Shown in pieces: positions 39,684 through 53,309 of a DNA stretch of 64,000 nucleotides. Below the pieces are notes generated by a model, which did not search any database, had not been told where the DNA came from, and worked only from the letters and a program-made list of their open reading frames with translations. Both the position numbers and the translations under genes were made by a program. The DNA is taken from contig NC_042998.1 of assembly GCF_006345805.1 (NCBI RefSeq), forward strand, positions 164,424,001 to 164,488,000, read 5' to 3'. The stretch's first letter is position 1. Each line of letters opens with the position of its first letter. Source of the stretch: Octopus sinensis. Taxonomy: Eukaryota.

Positions 39684-41460
39684 TGACTTCAAAGTTTGGT
39701 GCAAGGCCAGCAATTTCGAGGGAGGGATAAGTCAATTACATCAACCTCCAGTGCTCAACCGGTACTTATTTTATCAACCCTCGATAGCATGGAAAGGAAA
39801 GTCAACCACGGTGGAATTTAAGCTCAGAACATGAAGACGGGCGAAATGCCGCTTAGTATTTCGCCCGGCGTGCTAATGATTCAGCCGGCTCGCCAACTTT
39901 TTGCCCCAAGTAACAATGGTTTCAAATTTTGACACAAGGCCAGTAGTTTTAAGCATAGCCCGAAAAGATGAAAGGCAAAAATCATCCTCGGTGGAATTCG
40001 ACCGCAGAACGTTAAGATCCGGAAGAAAGGCCGCTAAGCATTTTACCTGACCTCCTAACGCTTCTGCCAGATCGCTGCCTTATCCCAAACATTAATCTTT
40101 CTAATCTGGGCGCAGTACCAGCAATTTTGAGGGAAAGAGCAGTCGATTACATCAATTCACAGTGCTCAACTGGTACTTTTTTTATCAACCCTAAAATGAT
40201 GAAAGGCAAGGACGGCCTCAGTGGAAGTTGAACTCAAATCCGAAAGAAATGCTGCAAAGTGTTCTGTTCGGTATGCTTACGATTCTACCGGGTCGCCGCT
40301 TTAACTCTAAACATTAATGATATCAAATTTCAGCACAAGGCTACCAATTTTGGAGGAGAGATTAAATCGATTACATCGACCCCAGCTCCCAACTACTACT
40401 TATTTTATCGACTCCGAAAGGATGAAAGGCAAAGTCGACCTCAGCGGAATTTGAACTTAGAATGTAAAGCGGACAAAATGCCGCTAAGCATTTTACCCGG
40501 TGTGTTACGATTCTGCCAGATCACCGCCTTAAAAATGTTGTAAACCATTTTGTCTGGCGTGCAAATGAATCTGTTAGTTCGCAGCAACCCCCAAATATTA
40601 TAGGCATAAGGCCAGAAATTTTGATGAGAGGACTAGTCGATTACATCGACTCCAGTGATTCACTTGTACTTAACTTATCGACTCCGAAAGGACGAAAGGC
40701 ATAGTCGACCTCGGGGGAATTTGAATTCAGAACGTAGCGACGGACGAAATACCTATTTCTTTACTACCCACAAGGGGCTAAACACAGAGAGGACAAACAA
40801 GGACAGACAAACGGATTAAGTCGATTATATCGACCCCAGTGCGTAACTGGTACTTATTTAATCGACCCCCAAAGGATGAAAAGCAAAGTCGACCTCGGCG
40901 GAATTTGAACTCAGAACGTAGCGACGGACGAAATACCGCTAAGCATTTCGCCCGGCTTGCTAACGATTCTGCCAACTCGCCGCATTAGCAACCCCAAGTA
41001 ACAATAATACTGGATTTTGGCTCATGTACAAGGTCTCAAATGAAGGAGAAGTTGGATCAGTAGAAGCAGCTCAACTGCTTAACTGATAATTATATTAAAG
41101 ACACCAAAAGATCAAAAAGGAAAAAAAAAGGTGCCTCGAAAGTGATTTGAACTCTGAACGTAAAGAAACATAACTAAAATATTTTGTGTAGTGCTCTACT
41201 CATTCTACCATTCACTACCCTCTCGAGTACTTAGAATTGACTTATAGAATATCTACAGAACTGGTTCCTGACATGGGCACAGAGCCACAAATTCAAGAGA
41301 ATAGTAAAGCCGATTATTGATTCACAGAATTTAGTTGGTAGTTTATTTTATGAAACTTGGAATGACGAAAGACAAATATTAACCACTACTGAATATGAAC
41401 TTAGTACGTAAACAGCTGGAACAAATAGTGCAAGATATTTTTTTTTCCGATGCTCTAAAT
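39684..41460 (-). mobile_element. Head-to-tail cluster of ~8 SINE family A copies
   Basis: Repeated cores, all on the minus strand, separated by short related spacers (CCCCAAGTAACAAT / CCCAAACATTAAT). Confidence 0.85.
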
Positions 41461-41574
41461 CTACTAAAAAGTAAAAACAGTAAATCCCTTAGACATTACT
41501 GTCTCGAGTCCTAAGAGTCGCAGAACTGGTCAACCAATTGCTATGGCGTATAAGCGACTGAGATCACAGCATCA

Positions 41575-41730
41575 CCACCCTACTCTAAACGGGACGCCAG
41601 TCCATCGTAGGGTTAATTCATTTACAGCAGAATGGGCTGGAACAAAGTGAAAGGAAATGGTTTGTGCAAGAACACAATGCACTACCCGGTCCCGGAGTCG
41701 AAACCACGATCTTGCGTACAACGCCCTAAC
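41575..41730 (-). mobile_element. SINE family C
   Basis: ACGGGACGCCAGTCCATCG..GCAAGAACACAATGC..GTCGAAACCAC..CCCTAACAACTAGGCCA. Confidence 0.75.
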
Positions 41731-42483
41731 AACTAGGCCATATGCCTTCACTCTAATGTCACTAGACTTTAATACATTTCTAACATTGACACAAGGCCAG
41801 TCATTTTGGTGGTTGCATTTGCCGATTAAATCAATCCAATATTTGAGCGGCATAATGTATTCTTGACCCTTGAAGGATGAAAGGTAAACCGGCGCTCAGC
41901 AGGATTTGAACGCAGTACATAAAATGCTGTAAGTAGATACTTGACAAATATTTTGTCTAACACTCTATAGCTTCTGCCCTCACGAATCTATGCCAGCTAC
42001 TGTGATAATATAGAGACAACAGCAGTAACAACACTATTAACAACAGCAACAACAAAATAGAATAACATTATTAACAGTGAAAGGAAAAAAAATCGGCCGG
42101 TCTAATCCTATTAGAAGCCAATTTATAAGTCTTTTGTTCTCAAGCTGTAAAGCTACCTAAATCGGCTTAGTACATTCCATTTAAGAGGACACTTTAGTAC
42201 AATCAGTATAGCTGATCAATATGGTTTTTGTGTATTTTGGCGCGTAAATTATAAACGTTAATCAAATACGCAGATATATATATATATATATATATACACA
42301 TACACGCACATATATATATATAAGCACGCACGCGCATACAGTTATATTCTAATTATTCTGGCGGTTACTGATAACATATAGTCTCAACATACCGCTCCTG
42401 CTGAGTCATTTATTTGAATTGTGCATATCGCTAATCTTACGACCACACACACACACACACACATACACACACACACATATGGG

Positions 42484-42561
<78 letters not shown>

Positions 42562-42569
42562 TGGAAACC

Positions 42570-42725
42570 ACCTTAAATGGTTTTGGTCGAAGACTTATTC
42601 TTTGTAAGCCTGGTACTTTATCGGTCATTTTGCCGAACCGCTAGGTTACGGAGACGTAAACAGACCAACACCGGTTGTCAAGCGATGGTGGGGAATGGGG
42701 ACAAATATACACAGAAACACACATG

Positions 42726-42780
<55 letters not shown>

Positions 42781-44329
42781 AGAATTCACAAAAAAAAAAC
42801 AAACAAAAGACGAAGACAGGTGGTGTAGACAACAAACAGATGTGTTAGTTTAACGCTCGGAAAGTGAAAAAGTCTTTAACGTTTCGATCCTACGCTCTTC
42901 CACAGAAAAGAACACAGAAAGAAACAAGGAGAGAAAATAAAGAATGTGTAGTGGTTAGCGATCTATCATGGCGAATGCCAGACAGAAGGGTCACACAGGT
43001 GTGCTAGGAAGAAGGGGAGATAATAAAGTAATGGTGATCCCAAAACGAAGGTGCGCGTGCGTATGTATAAGAGAGCATGTGTGTACGTGTGGAAGAAGGC
43101 TGGTGACCTTGACGTTTGTGTGTATGTGTAGGTATGAAGATGTGGGGCTGGGAAGTGGTAAATGCTAGTGTGTGCGTGGTGGCGTGATGTGTTGTGTGGT
43201 ATGGTGGTATATGGTTTAGTGGTGTGTGGTGTGGTGTGATGGTGTAGGGAGATGGGGGAGGCGAGAGTGAGGAAAGCAAGGGTGAAGTGTGGGTTAGGCT
43301 GTGGATGGGGGTAGAGGTGGGGTACGTGGGTAGGCAGAAGGTGGGGGTAGAGGTGGGGTACGTGGGTAGGCAGAAGGTGGGGGTAGAGGTGGGGTCTGTG
43401 GGAGGGGTGTAAGGGATAGGGATGGGATGGGAAGGATAGGGAAGGTGGGGTTGGAATGTGTAGGTGTTGGGTGGGGTTACAAGGGAGGGGTGACGATGAA
43501 GGGGCAAGGAGAAGGTGGGTAGGAGTGAAGAGAAGAGAGGAGATTAGGAGAAGTAGGAGTGGGGGCAAGAGAGGAGAGGTGGGTGGGAGGAAGTAGGTGA
43601 GAGGGAGACATAGGCGAGGGGAGGAGGTTAGATGAAGAGGGGAGGAGAGTTGAGCTCATATGGCGCAATGAAGCAAAGAAAGAATATTAATCCCTGTTCA
43701 CGGCGCAAACGGCAGTCCGGATGGCCCCTGTGCAAGGACAATCCGAACATGGACAGGTGTTGCAAAGAGTAACCAGTAGAGCGGAAATGGCGCGAGGCCG
43801 GGGTGTCATTGCCGAGTCGGATGTCTTGGAGGTGTTCCGCGAACCGGTCAGCCAAGCGGCGTCCGGTTTGCCCGATGTATAGAGAAGGGTAGAGAGCAGG
43901 AGATGCAGTAGATGACATTGGTAGAAGTGCAGGTAAGGAGTCGGTGATGTGATAGGGTCGACGATGGGTGCCGGTGAGGAAGGTGGTTTTGGAGAGGTAA
44001 GGGCAAGTGCGGTAGCGTGGGCGGGAGCAGGGGGGCGAGCCGGGTTGGGAGGTTGGGTTCGGAAAGAAGCTATGGACCAAGAGGTCTCGTAGGTTATGGG
44101 CTTGTTTGAAGGAAGGAAGGGGTCGGTTAGGGAAGATGTGCGATGTGGAGGGGTCGGACTGGAGTCGCCAGAAGGCTCGGAGAATGGTGCACGACGGGCT
44201 TCTTTTCGTTTCCGTCTACCAAATCCACTCACAAGGCTTTGGTCGACTCGAGGTTATAGTAGAAGACACTAACCCAGGGTATCATGCAGCAGGACTGAAC
44301 CCAGAACCCTGTGGTTAGGATGCTAACTT

Positions 44330-44393
<64 letters not shown>

Positions 44394-44570
44394 AAGTTAG
44401 CATATATATATATATATATATATATATACGACGTGATTCTTTCAGTTTCCGTCTACCAAATCCACTCACAAAGTTTTGGTGAGCCTGGGGCTCTAAAAGA
44501 AGACACTTGCCCAAGGTGTCTCGCAGAAGAAGTGAACACGGAATTGTGTGGATTATAGGACTCTTTTTAC
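42570..44570 (-). mobile_element. SINE family B split at its internal microsatellite by a Penelope-like element, plus a second B head
   Basis: 3' half at 42570-42725, 5' half at 44190-44330, and another 5' half at 44428-44570. Confidence 0.75.
42778..44190 (-). mobile_element. Penelope-like retroelement (Neptune-type), 5'-truncated: GIY-YIG endonuclease, pyrimidine-rich 3' region and terminal repeat
   Basis: PCSRPRYRTCPYL Cys linker; a shifted frame gives TCTSTNVIYCISC; then LYIGQTGRRLADRFAEHLQDIR..RHF..RLRREQGLIF..LN. The terminus abuts (TA)n. Confidence 0.88.
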
Positions 44571-44573
44571 CAC

Positions 44574-44604
<31 letters not shown>

Positions 44605-45016
44605 TGTATGTATGTATGTATGTATGTATGTATGTATAAGTGTGCGTAATATTGAAGAGTATACGCCTGGTATGGTCGGATGGTTAACAAGTTCGCTTCA
44701 GGGCCACGAGTTTCCGGGTTAAAACCCACCGCGTGGCATCAAGGTCAAATGTCATTTCCTATATTCTCGAGTCGATCCATGCTTTATGAATGAAACTGAG
44801 TCAAAGGAAAGTGTAAAAAAGCCTGGCGGATGGATTACATCCTTAATTCAAAAGTACAGCCTTGTTAAAAATTTCGATTACGCTTATTCTCAGTTCGAGA
44901 ATTACATTAAGAGTACACGTGTCTATATGATGTTTAATCCCTTACATGTTAATTTCCAGATGTACTTCAGGTAATCAAGAAGCTAAATCCTTTTCACCAA
45001 AACCGACCGAGAACCG

Positions 45017-45091
<75 letters not shown>

Positions 45092-45490
45092 GTCTGTCTG
45101 TTTATCTACCCCTCTATTTGTCTCTCTGTCTCTTTATCTCTCTCTCTCCATCTCTCTCCCCCCCTCTCTCCCTCTCCCTCTCTGTATAACTGCAAACCTA
45201 ACGCTGAGGTGTTTGAGTAAGTTAACAGAATCAGTGTAACTGGTCATTTCCCAGACTGCTTTCTTATGGAACACTTTCTGCATTATTAGAATCTTTCTTA
45301 GTTTCCCTTTCATTTCCTTCCTCATATATATATATATATATGAAACAAATGCACACGCACACAAGGTATAAGATATAAGAATTGGATTCAAAGAAATAAG
45401 TGGAATCTACCGTAAGCACATCGAAGTGGATTATGAAACAGCTGTAAATATTAAAATTTATCTCTGGTCTACTCGCTTAATTTGCATATA

Positions 45491-46824
45491 CAATACCGCG
45501 CAAAAGTCTTCGGCCTCTTTAAACTATTGTGAATTTCTGCTAATTGCCAACTTATTAGTGGATATTTTGCATTGTGTTTTTTACATATGAAACATTGACC
45601 CTGTTGGAGTAATTTCCATACCTAATCGTTATATTTTGTAGTAGGGGTTCTGAATCAGAGGGGAAGATGCGAGACGACCATCAAGAATGACCGTGCAAAA
45701 GTTTCTGCCACATCATATAAACAAATCAAGATACAGTGTTTTAAAATAAAAAGATGTCTATAATGAAAATTTATTACATAATATTTATTTCAAGTTACTA
45801 TACATTGTTAATATTTCGTGTGACCTCTCTTAGCTTGAATAACTGCTTCATTGCGCCTAGGAAGAGATGCGTACAAATCCTTTACCATCTTTACAGGTAT
45901 GACATAACATTCTCTGTGGCTGAGCGCCCATAACTCTTCAAGATGACGTGGATTCTTCTGATGAACACTTGTCTTTAGTTCTGTCCACCTTTGCTCGATG
46001 GTATTTAAGTCAGGGTTCTGAGCTGGCAAATCTTTCAACTCGGTAACACCTCCATCATTCAGGCTCTGTAGTGTTAGACGCGATCTGTGGCATGGAGCTC
46101 CGTCAGCTGAAAATTCTAATCTTCATCCAAGTCTGGTATCAAATTGTCCATCAGCAACTGGATGTATTTGGCACCATTCAAGTCACTGTCAATTTTAACT
46201 AACTTTCTTGAATCATCTCTTTTTATGTATCCCCAAAGAATCAGACTCTTACCCCCCAACTTCACTGCTTTCGTCGTGTAACGTGGGTCATTTCGCTTTT
46301 CTGGAGGCCTTCTAACTAATTCTCGTTTATCAAGCCCTGACTTAAATATCATCGACCAAACGCAGACAGAACTAAAGAGAAGAGTTCGTCAGAAGAATCC
46401 ACGCCATCTTGAAGAGTTGTGGGAGCTGTCACAGAGAATGGCATTTCATACTTCTGAAGATGGTGAAGGATTTGTTGGCATCTCTTCCCATGTGCATTAA
46501 AGCAATTATTCAAGCTAAGGGAATCCACACGAAATATTAAGAATGTACAGTAACTTCCTGAGATGAAGATTATGTAATAAAGTTTCCTGTTTTAAAATAT
46601 TGTATCTTGATTGGTTTATCTGAGGTGGCCGAAAATTTTTGCACGGCCATTTTGGCGGTCATCTCGTATTCAGAATCCCTACAACAAAATATAGGCATGG
46701 AAATGACTCCAACAGGACCAATGTTTAATCTGTACAAAACGCAATGCGAAACATCCACTTTTAAGTTGGTAATTAGTAGAAATTTACAATAGTTTAATAT
46801 GGCTGAAACCTATGCACGGTACTG
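45491..46824. mobile_element. Tc1-like element composed of two oppositely oriented 3' halves
   Basis: TA-flanked TIRs CAATACCGCGCAAAAG and CCTATGCACGGTACTG. Minus strand: KLGGKSLILWG..YIQLL..DGAPCH..PAQNPDLNTIEQRWTELK..RRNEAVIQAKRGHTKY*. Plus strand from ~46333: SPDLNII..TELKRRVRQKNPRHLEELWELS..AIIQAKGIHTKY*. Confidence 0.85.
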
Positions 46825-47399
46825 TATATATATGTGTATGTCCGTGTGTGTGTGTGTACATATATATATGTGTACATACATATATATATATGTATGCATG
46901 TATATGTATATGTATGTATGTATATGTATATATGTCCTGCTGTTGCTAAAAAATAGCTAAGAACGAAAAGCTGTTTAACGACGGAGTAAATCAACGGCTT
47001 TGTACAATAATTTTAGTCAACAACGCGTATTAAGTATTCTTTCTGTAATTTCTTAAACAAAGACGTATGTATTTATGTATGCATGCGTATATTGTATGCG
47101 TGCATGCATGTATGTATGTGTGTGTATATACTCATGTGTGTTGTAATAAACGTGTTTGTCTCAATGTGTGCTTTTGTGTCTTTCTCACTAACAATATCAT
47201 CTTGTTTGCAAGTTGAAGTCTCAAGTCAACTACAAAGCCATCTCCGATTTTATTCTATTACTTAAAGGTCAAACAGAAACATAAACTGAATGACACTGTG
47301 TTGTTTTGTCACTCTATACTCAAATATCGCCGAGCTTACGTTTCCCTTTTGTGTTCCAAATCAAGCAAAGGGGTTGATTAACTTGGCTATACATTATTT

Positions 47400-50240
47400 T
47401 CATTACAAATTAGTAGTGTTGTGTCGTTGTGAGAAATCTAAAATATTATTCTATTTCTTACAATGAGCGTTGAAATATTTACACGATTAACAACGTTAAC
47501 TATGGAAGGAAATTGAGGACAATCGAAATTTTTGACATAATGAGACAAATGCAATTGTTAAATGTGGACCGGTGTTAACTGTGGAAGCAACTGGATGATA
47601 CAATTGAAATGTTTAACATTGAAAGACAAACAATTGTTAATTGATAAACGACGGAAGGTAACTATGGAAGGAATTTGAAGACACAATAGAAAATTTTCAT
47701 ATAAGACAGGTGCAAATCTAACGTTAAACAGCGGTAACTATAGAAGGAATTCGAAAGCATAATTAAAATCTTTAACGTTATAAGATAATTGCAATTGTTA
47801 CGTGTTGGAAAATGGGTTGATTAAATTGGTTAGGGCTGTGACCATTTAAGAAATCTAAGATATTAGTCTACTTGTTACAACGAGTGCTGAAATATTTCGC
47901 GTTTAACGACATTAACTATGGAAGGAATTGGAAGACACAACAGAAATCTTTTACATAATGTGACAGGTACAATTGTAACATGTTAAGCAGCGGTAACTAT
48001 GGAAGGAAATCGAAGACATAATTGAAATCTTTTACATAATGAGACAGGTACAATTGTAACATGTTAAACAGCTGTAACTATGGAAGGAAATCAAAGACAT
48101 AATTGAAATCTTTTACATAATGAGACAGGTACAATTGTAACATGTTAAGCAGCTGTAACTATGGAAGGAAATCGAAGACATAATTGAAATCTTTTACATA
48201 ATGAGACAGGTACAATTGTAACATGTTAAGCATCGGTAACTATGGAAGGAAATCGAAAACATAATTGAAATCTTTTACATAATGAGACAGGTACAATTGT
48301 AACATGTTAAGCATCGGTAACTATGGAAGGAAATCGAAGACATAATTGAAATCTTTTACATAATGAGACAGGTACAATTGTAACATGTTAAGCAGCGGTA
48401 ACTATGGAAGGAAATCGAAAACATAATTGAAATCTTTTACATAATGAGACAGGTACAATTGTAACATGTTAAGCAGCGGTAACTATGGAAGGAAATCTAA
48501 GACATAATTGAAATTTTTTACATAATGAGACAGGTACAATTGTAACATGTTAAGCAGCGGTAACTATGGAAGGAAATCGAAGACATAATTGAAATCTTTT
48601 ACATAATGAGACAGGTACAATTGTAACATGTTAAGCAGCGGTAACTATGGAAGGAAATCGAAGACATAATTGAAATCTTTTACATAATGAGACAGGTACA
48701 ATTGTAACATGTTAAGCAGCGGTAACTATGGAAGGAAATCGAAGACATAATTGAAATCTTTTACATAATGAGACAGGTACAATTGTAACAAGTTAAGCAG
48801 CGGTAACTATGGAAGGAAATCGAAGACATAATTGAAATCTTTTACATAATGAGACAGCTACAATTGTAACATATCAAGCATCGGTAACTATGGAAGGAAA
48901 TCTAAGACATAATCGAAATCTTTTACGTAATGAGACAGGTACAATTGTAACATGTTAAGCAGCGTATCTATGGAAGGAAATCGAAGACATAATTGAAATC
49001 TTTTACATAATGAGACAGCTACAATTGTAACATATCAAGCATCGGTAACTATGGAAGGAAATCTAAGACATAATCGAAATCTTTTACGTAATGAGACAGG
49101 TACAATTGTAACATGTTAAGCAGCGTATCTATGGAAGGAAATCGAAGACATAATTGAAATCTTTTACATAATGAGACAGGTACAATTATAACATGTTAAG
49201 CAGCGGTAACTATGGAAGGAAATCGAAGACATAATTGAAATCTTTTACATAATGAGACAGGTACAATTGTAACAAGTTAAGCAGCGGTAACTATGGAAGG
49301 AAATCGAAGACATAATTGAAATTTTTTACATAATGTGACAGGTACAATTGTAACAAGTTAAACAGTGTTGACTATGGAAGGAAATCGAAGACATAATTAA
49401 AATCTTTCATATAATGAGATAAATGCATTTGTTACGTGAAGGGAGTGATTAAATTGGTTAGTGCTTTGTCAATGTAAGAAATCTAATATATTATTCTACT
49501 TGTTACAACGAGTACTGAAATATCGCACGTTTATGAACGTTAACTATGGAAGGAAATAGAGGACAATAGAAATATTTGACATAATGAGACGAATGTGATT
49601 GTTAAATGTGAATCAACGTTAACTATGGAAGTAACTAGGAGATGCAATTGAAATATTCAACATAGTGAGACAAGTGCAATTGTTACGTGTTAAACAGCTA
49701 TAACTATGGAAGGAATTTGAAGACACAATTGAAATCTTTTACATAATAAGACAAGTACAATTCCAACATGTTAAGCAGCATTAACTATAGAAGGAACTCG
49801 AAGATATAATTAAAACCTTTAATTTAATAATATACGTGTCACGTGTTGCCAAAGAGGTTGATATACGCTCTTTTCACTACAAATTCGTAATGTTGTGTCA
49901 ATGTAAGAAATCTAAAATATTTTTTTATATGCTGAAGTGTCACGTGCTTAACAACATTATCTATGAACGGCAATCGAAGACTTTAACATAAGGAGACAAA
50001 TGCAATGTGAAACAGCGTTAACTATGGAAGAAATTCGAAGACACAATCGAATTTTTTTTTACAGAATGTGACAGGTAAAATTCTAGTATGTTAAGCAGCG
50101 TTAACTACCGAAGGAGCTCGAAGATATAATTAAAATCTTTAGCTTATAAGATAAGTGCAATTTTTACGTGTTAAACAAGGCTAACTATGGAAGGAAATAA
50201 GAGACATAATGAATATCTTTAACATAATGAAACACAGTTA
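47400..50240. repeat. 81-bp minisatellite with a homogeneous core (~47915-49410, ~18 copies) and diverged flanks
   Basis: Unit AACTATGGAAGGAAATCGAAGACATAATTGAAATCTTTTACATAATGAGACAGGTACAATTGTAACATGTTAAGCAGCGGT. The period is 81 (e.g. 48001 to 48082), and all six frames contain stops. Confidence 0.95.
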
Positions 50241-50244
50241 TGGA

Positions 50245-50640
50245 AGTCAATGGATTTATGCGTCATCAGTCGCTCGGTTTAATGCCGTTGTCACCTGGAC
50301 TTTGACTTTCATTAGCAGAGTTTCTTCTAATGCTAGATGCCGTACAGGTCTCCAGTCGGTTTAAAGATAACTGCCTCCCTTCCCTCAACAAAGAGGTCGT
50401 GGAAGAAATGGGCGTTAATCTTCCCTCCCTTGGGATTACGATCATTAGTATGATGCTGAAAGCCCCCGCATCTGCTAACCACCTTGCATCCAACTCTACA
50501 TAGCATATGCTAAATAAATCTCAAAATCTATCCCACTCCACTCCCTTAACAATTTGGTGTAGTCAAGAGTTCAAATGACCTATTTCCCATCATCTCCAAA
50601 CACTCCTAATATCAGCGGCCTGTCAACGGGGATCTCAGTC
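50245..50640 (-). mobile_element. Possible LINE fragment (region just upstream of the RT domain)
   Basis: TASSIRRNSANESQSPGDNGIKPSD resembles the ITxxEIxxAL..K..SPGPDGI motif. Weak. Confidence 0.35.
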
Positions 50641-50827
50641 TGCACAGTATCAAAGTAAGATATACATACATATATATATGGCCACTTTAATGCGGGTATC
50701 CTCTAAGAGACGATACTACCGTTTCAACCCAGGAAGACATCTCCTCCAGCTGGTTTATTCGGTGTGCTTCTTGCACCTGATATTTATTGCAAGCGGGAGA
50801 TAACTCATGCTACCCTACCTTCATGGT

Positions 50828-50873
50828 CACCAGACCACGTTGTTTCTATGCTTATTGGATCTCTTCGGTGGTG
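50828..50873 (-). ncRNA. Decayed minimal hammerhead motif
   Basis: CACCA-CCGAAGA-GATCCAATAAGCATA-GAAAC-AACGTG-GTC|TGGTG. Stem I is 5 bp, and the core has a U4>C change. Confidence 0.45.
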
Positions 50874-50876
50874 GGT

Positions 50877-50909
<33 letters not shown>

Positions 50910-50964
50910 CACAAATGCATACATGTATACATACAACATAATATATACAGTATATATATATTTT

Positions 50965-51166
50965 TTATTCTTTTATCTTTTTACATGTTTCAGTCATTTG
51001 ACTGCAGCCATGCTGGAGTACGCCTTTAGTCGAACAAATGAACCCCAGGACTTATTCTTTCTAAGCCTAGTACTTATTCTATCGGTTACTTTTGTCGAAC
51101 CGCTAATATATATATATATATGTAAATACACCGAAACACACACACAGCAACACACACACACAGAAA

Positions 51167-51180
<14 letters not shown>
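50965..51180 (-). mobile_element. SINE family B 3' half
   Basis: GTTTCAGTCATTTGACTGCAGCCATGCTGGAG..AAGCCTAGTACTTATTCTATCGG. Confidence 0.8.
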
Positions 51181-51197
<17 letters not shown>

Positions 51198-51846
51198 GCG
51201 CGCACACATGCCTTCTCTTTTGAAGACTTTCAAACATTTTCGAAAGTGAGGAGAGCGATCCGACTGTTATTTCTAGCAAATCTAGCGGTCATAGTGAGAG
51301 CCCTCGCATTGGCACCTTTGTTGTTGATGTTGCTACTGATAAGACTCCAGCTTGACTTTTTCGGTCTATATACACATCCATGTCTGGTACACAGTCTATA
51401 ACTAAACAAAGGAGACAACTTGGTCCAGTTTGGCTCTGACAACAGGCACGAAAGAGAGAAACATCGAGCTAACAAACTTCTAAATTGAACAAACAGAGGT
51501 TTCACACCTTTACCTGTGTTACTAATGTAATTTAGGCCTAACCTATATTGGATTGTTTACAGTTCTTCGCCTGCATAGACGCACACATGCGCACGCATAC
51601 ATACAAATAGACACGCACACACGGATACATTCACATTCATACACACACGCGCGCGCGCGCGCGAGCACACACACACAAGCACATACACACATTCTCAGAC
51701 ATGCACGCACACAGATACTTACATACGGGTGCTGGCGCACACATACACAAACACTAAGGTGAACTCGATGAGCAAGAATAGAACGAAAAAGAGTGGATAG
51801 AGATAGATGCATAGACAGACAGACAGGTAAATGAACAGACTGATAC

Positions 51847-51981
<135 letters not shown>

Positions 51982-52069
51982 TACATATATGAGCGTGTAT
52001 ATGAATACGTATATATTCACACACACACACACAAACACACATATATATATATATAAATATAGGAATGTA

Positions 52070-52111
<42 letters not shown>

Positions 52112-52499
52112 ATATATGTATATAAGAATTTTTTGCGTAATGAGATAAAAAAAACCAAGGCTGTGTAGATATTAGAACATCTATAGATAGGTCTTACAGC
52201 TGTTTCCGGAGACGGTGTGAGAGGATAATTAAGTCATAATTAGTTTAGATGTGATACAAAATAAAGAGTGAGATGGAAGAAAGAAAACAGATGCAAGATA
52301 TCTATGAATATTGAAGTTGCAAATCCATTTTTTAGGCAGAATGGTATATATGTAATATTCCAATACCCTATGAGTAAAGTCCAAAAGTCCAACAGAGTTC
52401 CATAAACAACCTTGCCCGGACTTGTACCTGGGAGGGTAACTTTCTAGGTACAATCCCACGGTTAGTCATGACCGAAGGGTGTCTATATATATACATACA

Positions 52500-52533
<34 letters not shown>

Positions 52534-52585
52534 CATATATATATGTGTATGTATGTATACAGACACACATATCTATCTATTTATC

Positions 52586-52674
<89 letters not shown>

Positions 52675-52686
52675 CTCTTTCTCGCT

Positions 52687-52717
<31 letters not shown>

Positions 52718-52852
52718 TCTCTCTCTCTCTCTTCTCTCTCTCTCTCTATATATATTATATATATATATATATTATATATATATATATATATATTCAAATA
52801 TGAATGAGAAGCAGCCTGTGGAATATAAACAATATTGAACTAACACACACAA

Positions 52853-53120
52853 GGTATGTGCATTGCCAGTTCGTATGCAGGATGCGATTTATAGGCATGA
52901 GATAAAATTTTCTCATCAGTACACCTGGTGTAAAAACACCTTTAAATCATAGACAAGTGAGATAACTCACTCCAGGTCTCGTTGCATGAGTGGTAGACAT
53001 TAATGTTTTGTCATCTCTGTGATTTATAAATACCGCGTACCCAAAACGAGGCCCAGATGTAAGCAAAATCGCGTGTGCCTATAAATCGCAGCCTGTCCGC
53101 AAACTGGCAGTACACATACC
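52853..53120. mobile_element. ~270-bp palindromic, MITE-like element
   Basis: ~45-bp imperfect terminal inverted repeats GGTATGTGCATTGCCAGTT..GCGATTTATAGGCA and TGCCTATAAATCGC..AACTGGCAGTACACATACC. Confidence 0.65.
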
Positions 53121-53230
53121 ATGTGTAAGTTGGCCTCTCTCGCCGAATCGCTAAGTTACAGGGACGTAAACACACCAATTCCAGTTGTCAAGCGGTGGTG
53201 GCGGAGAAACACAGACACAAAGACATACAC

Positions 53231-53299
<69 letters not shown>

Positions 53300-53309
53300 C
53301 ACATATATA

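Noticed and set aside
47915-49410. 81-bp array as a zinc-finger gene or CRISPR array
   Set aside because: All six frames have stops, there is no C2H2 pattern, there are no unique spacers, and the context is eukaryotic.
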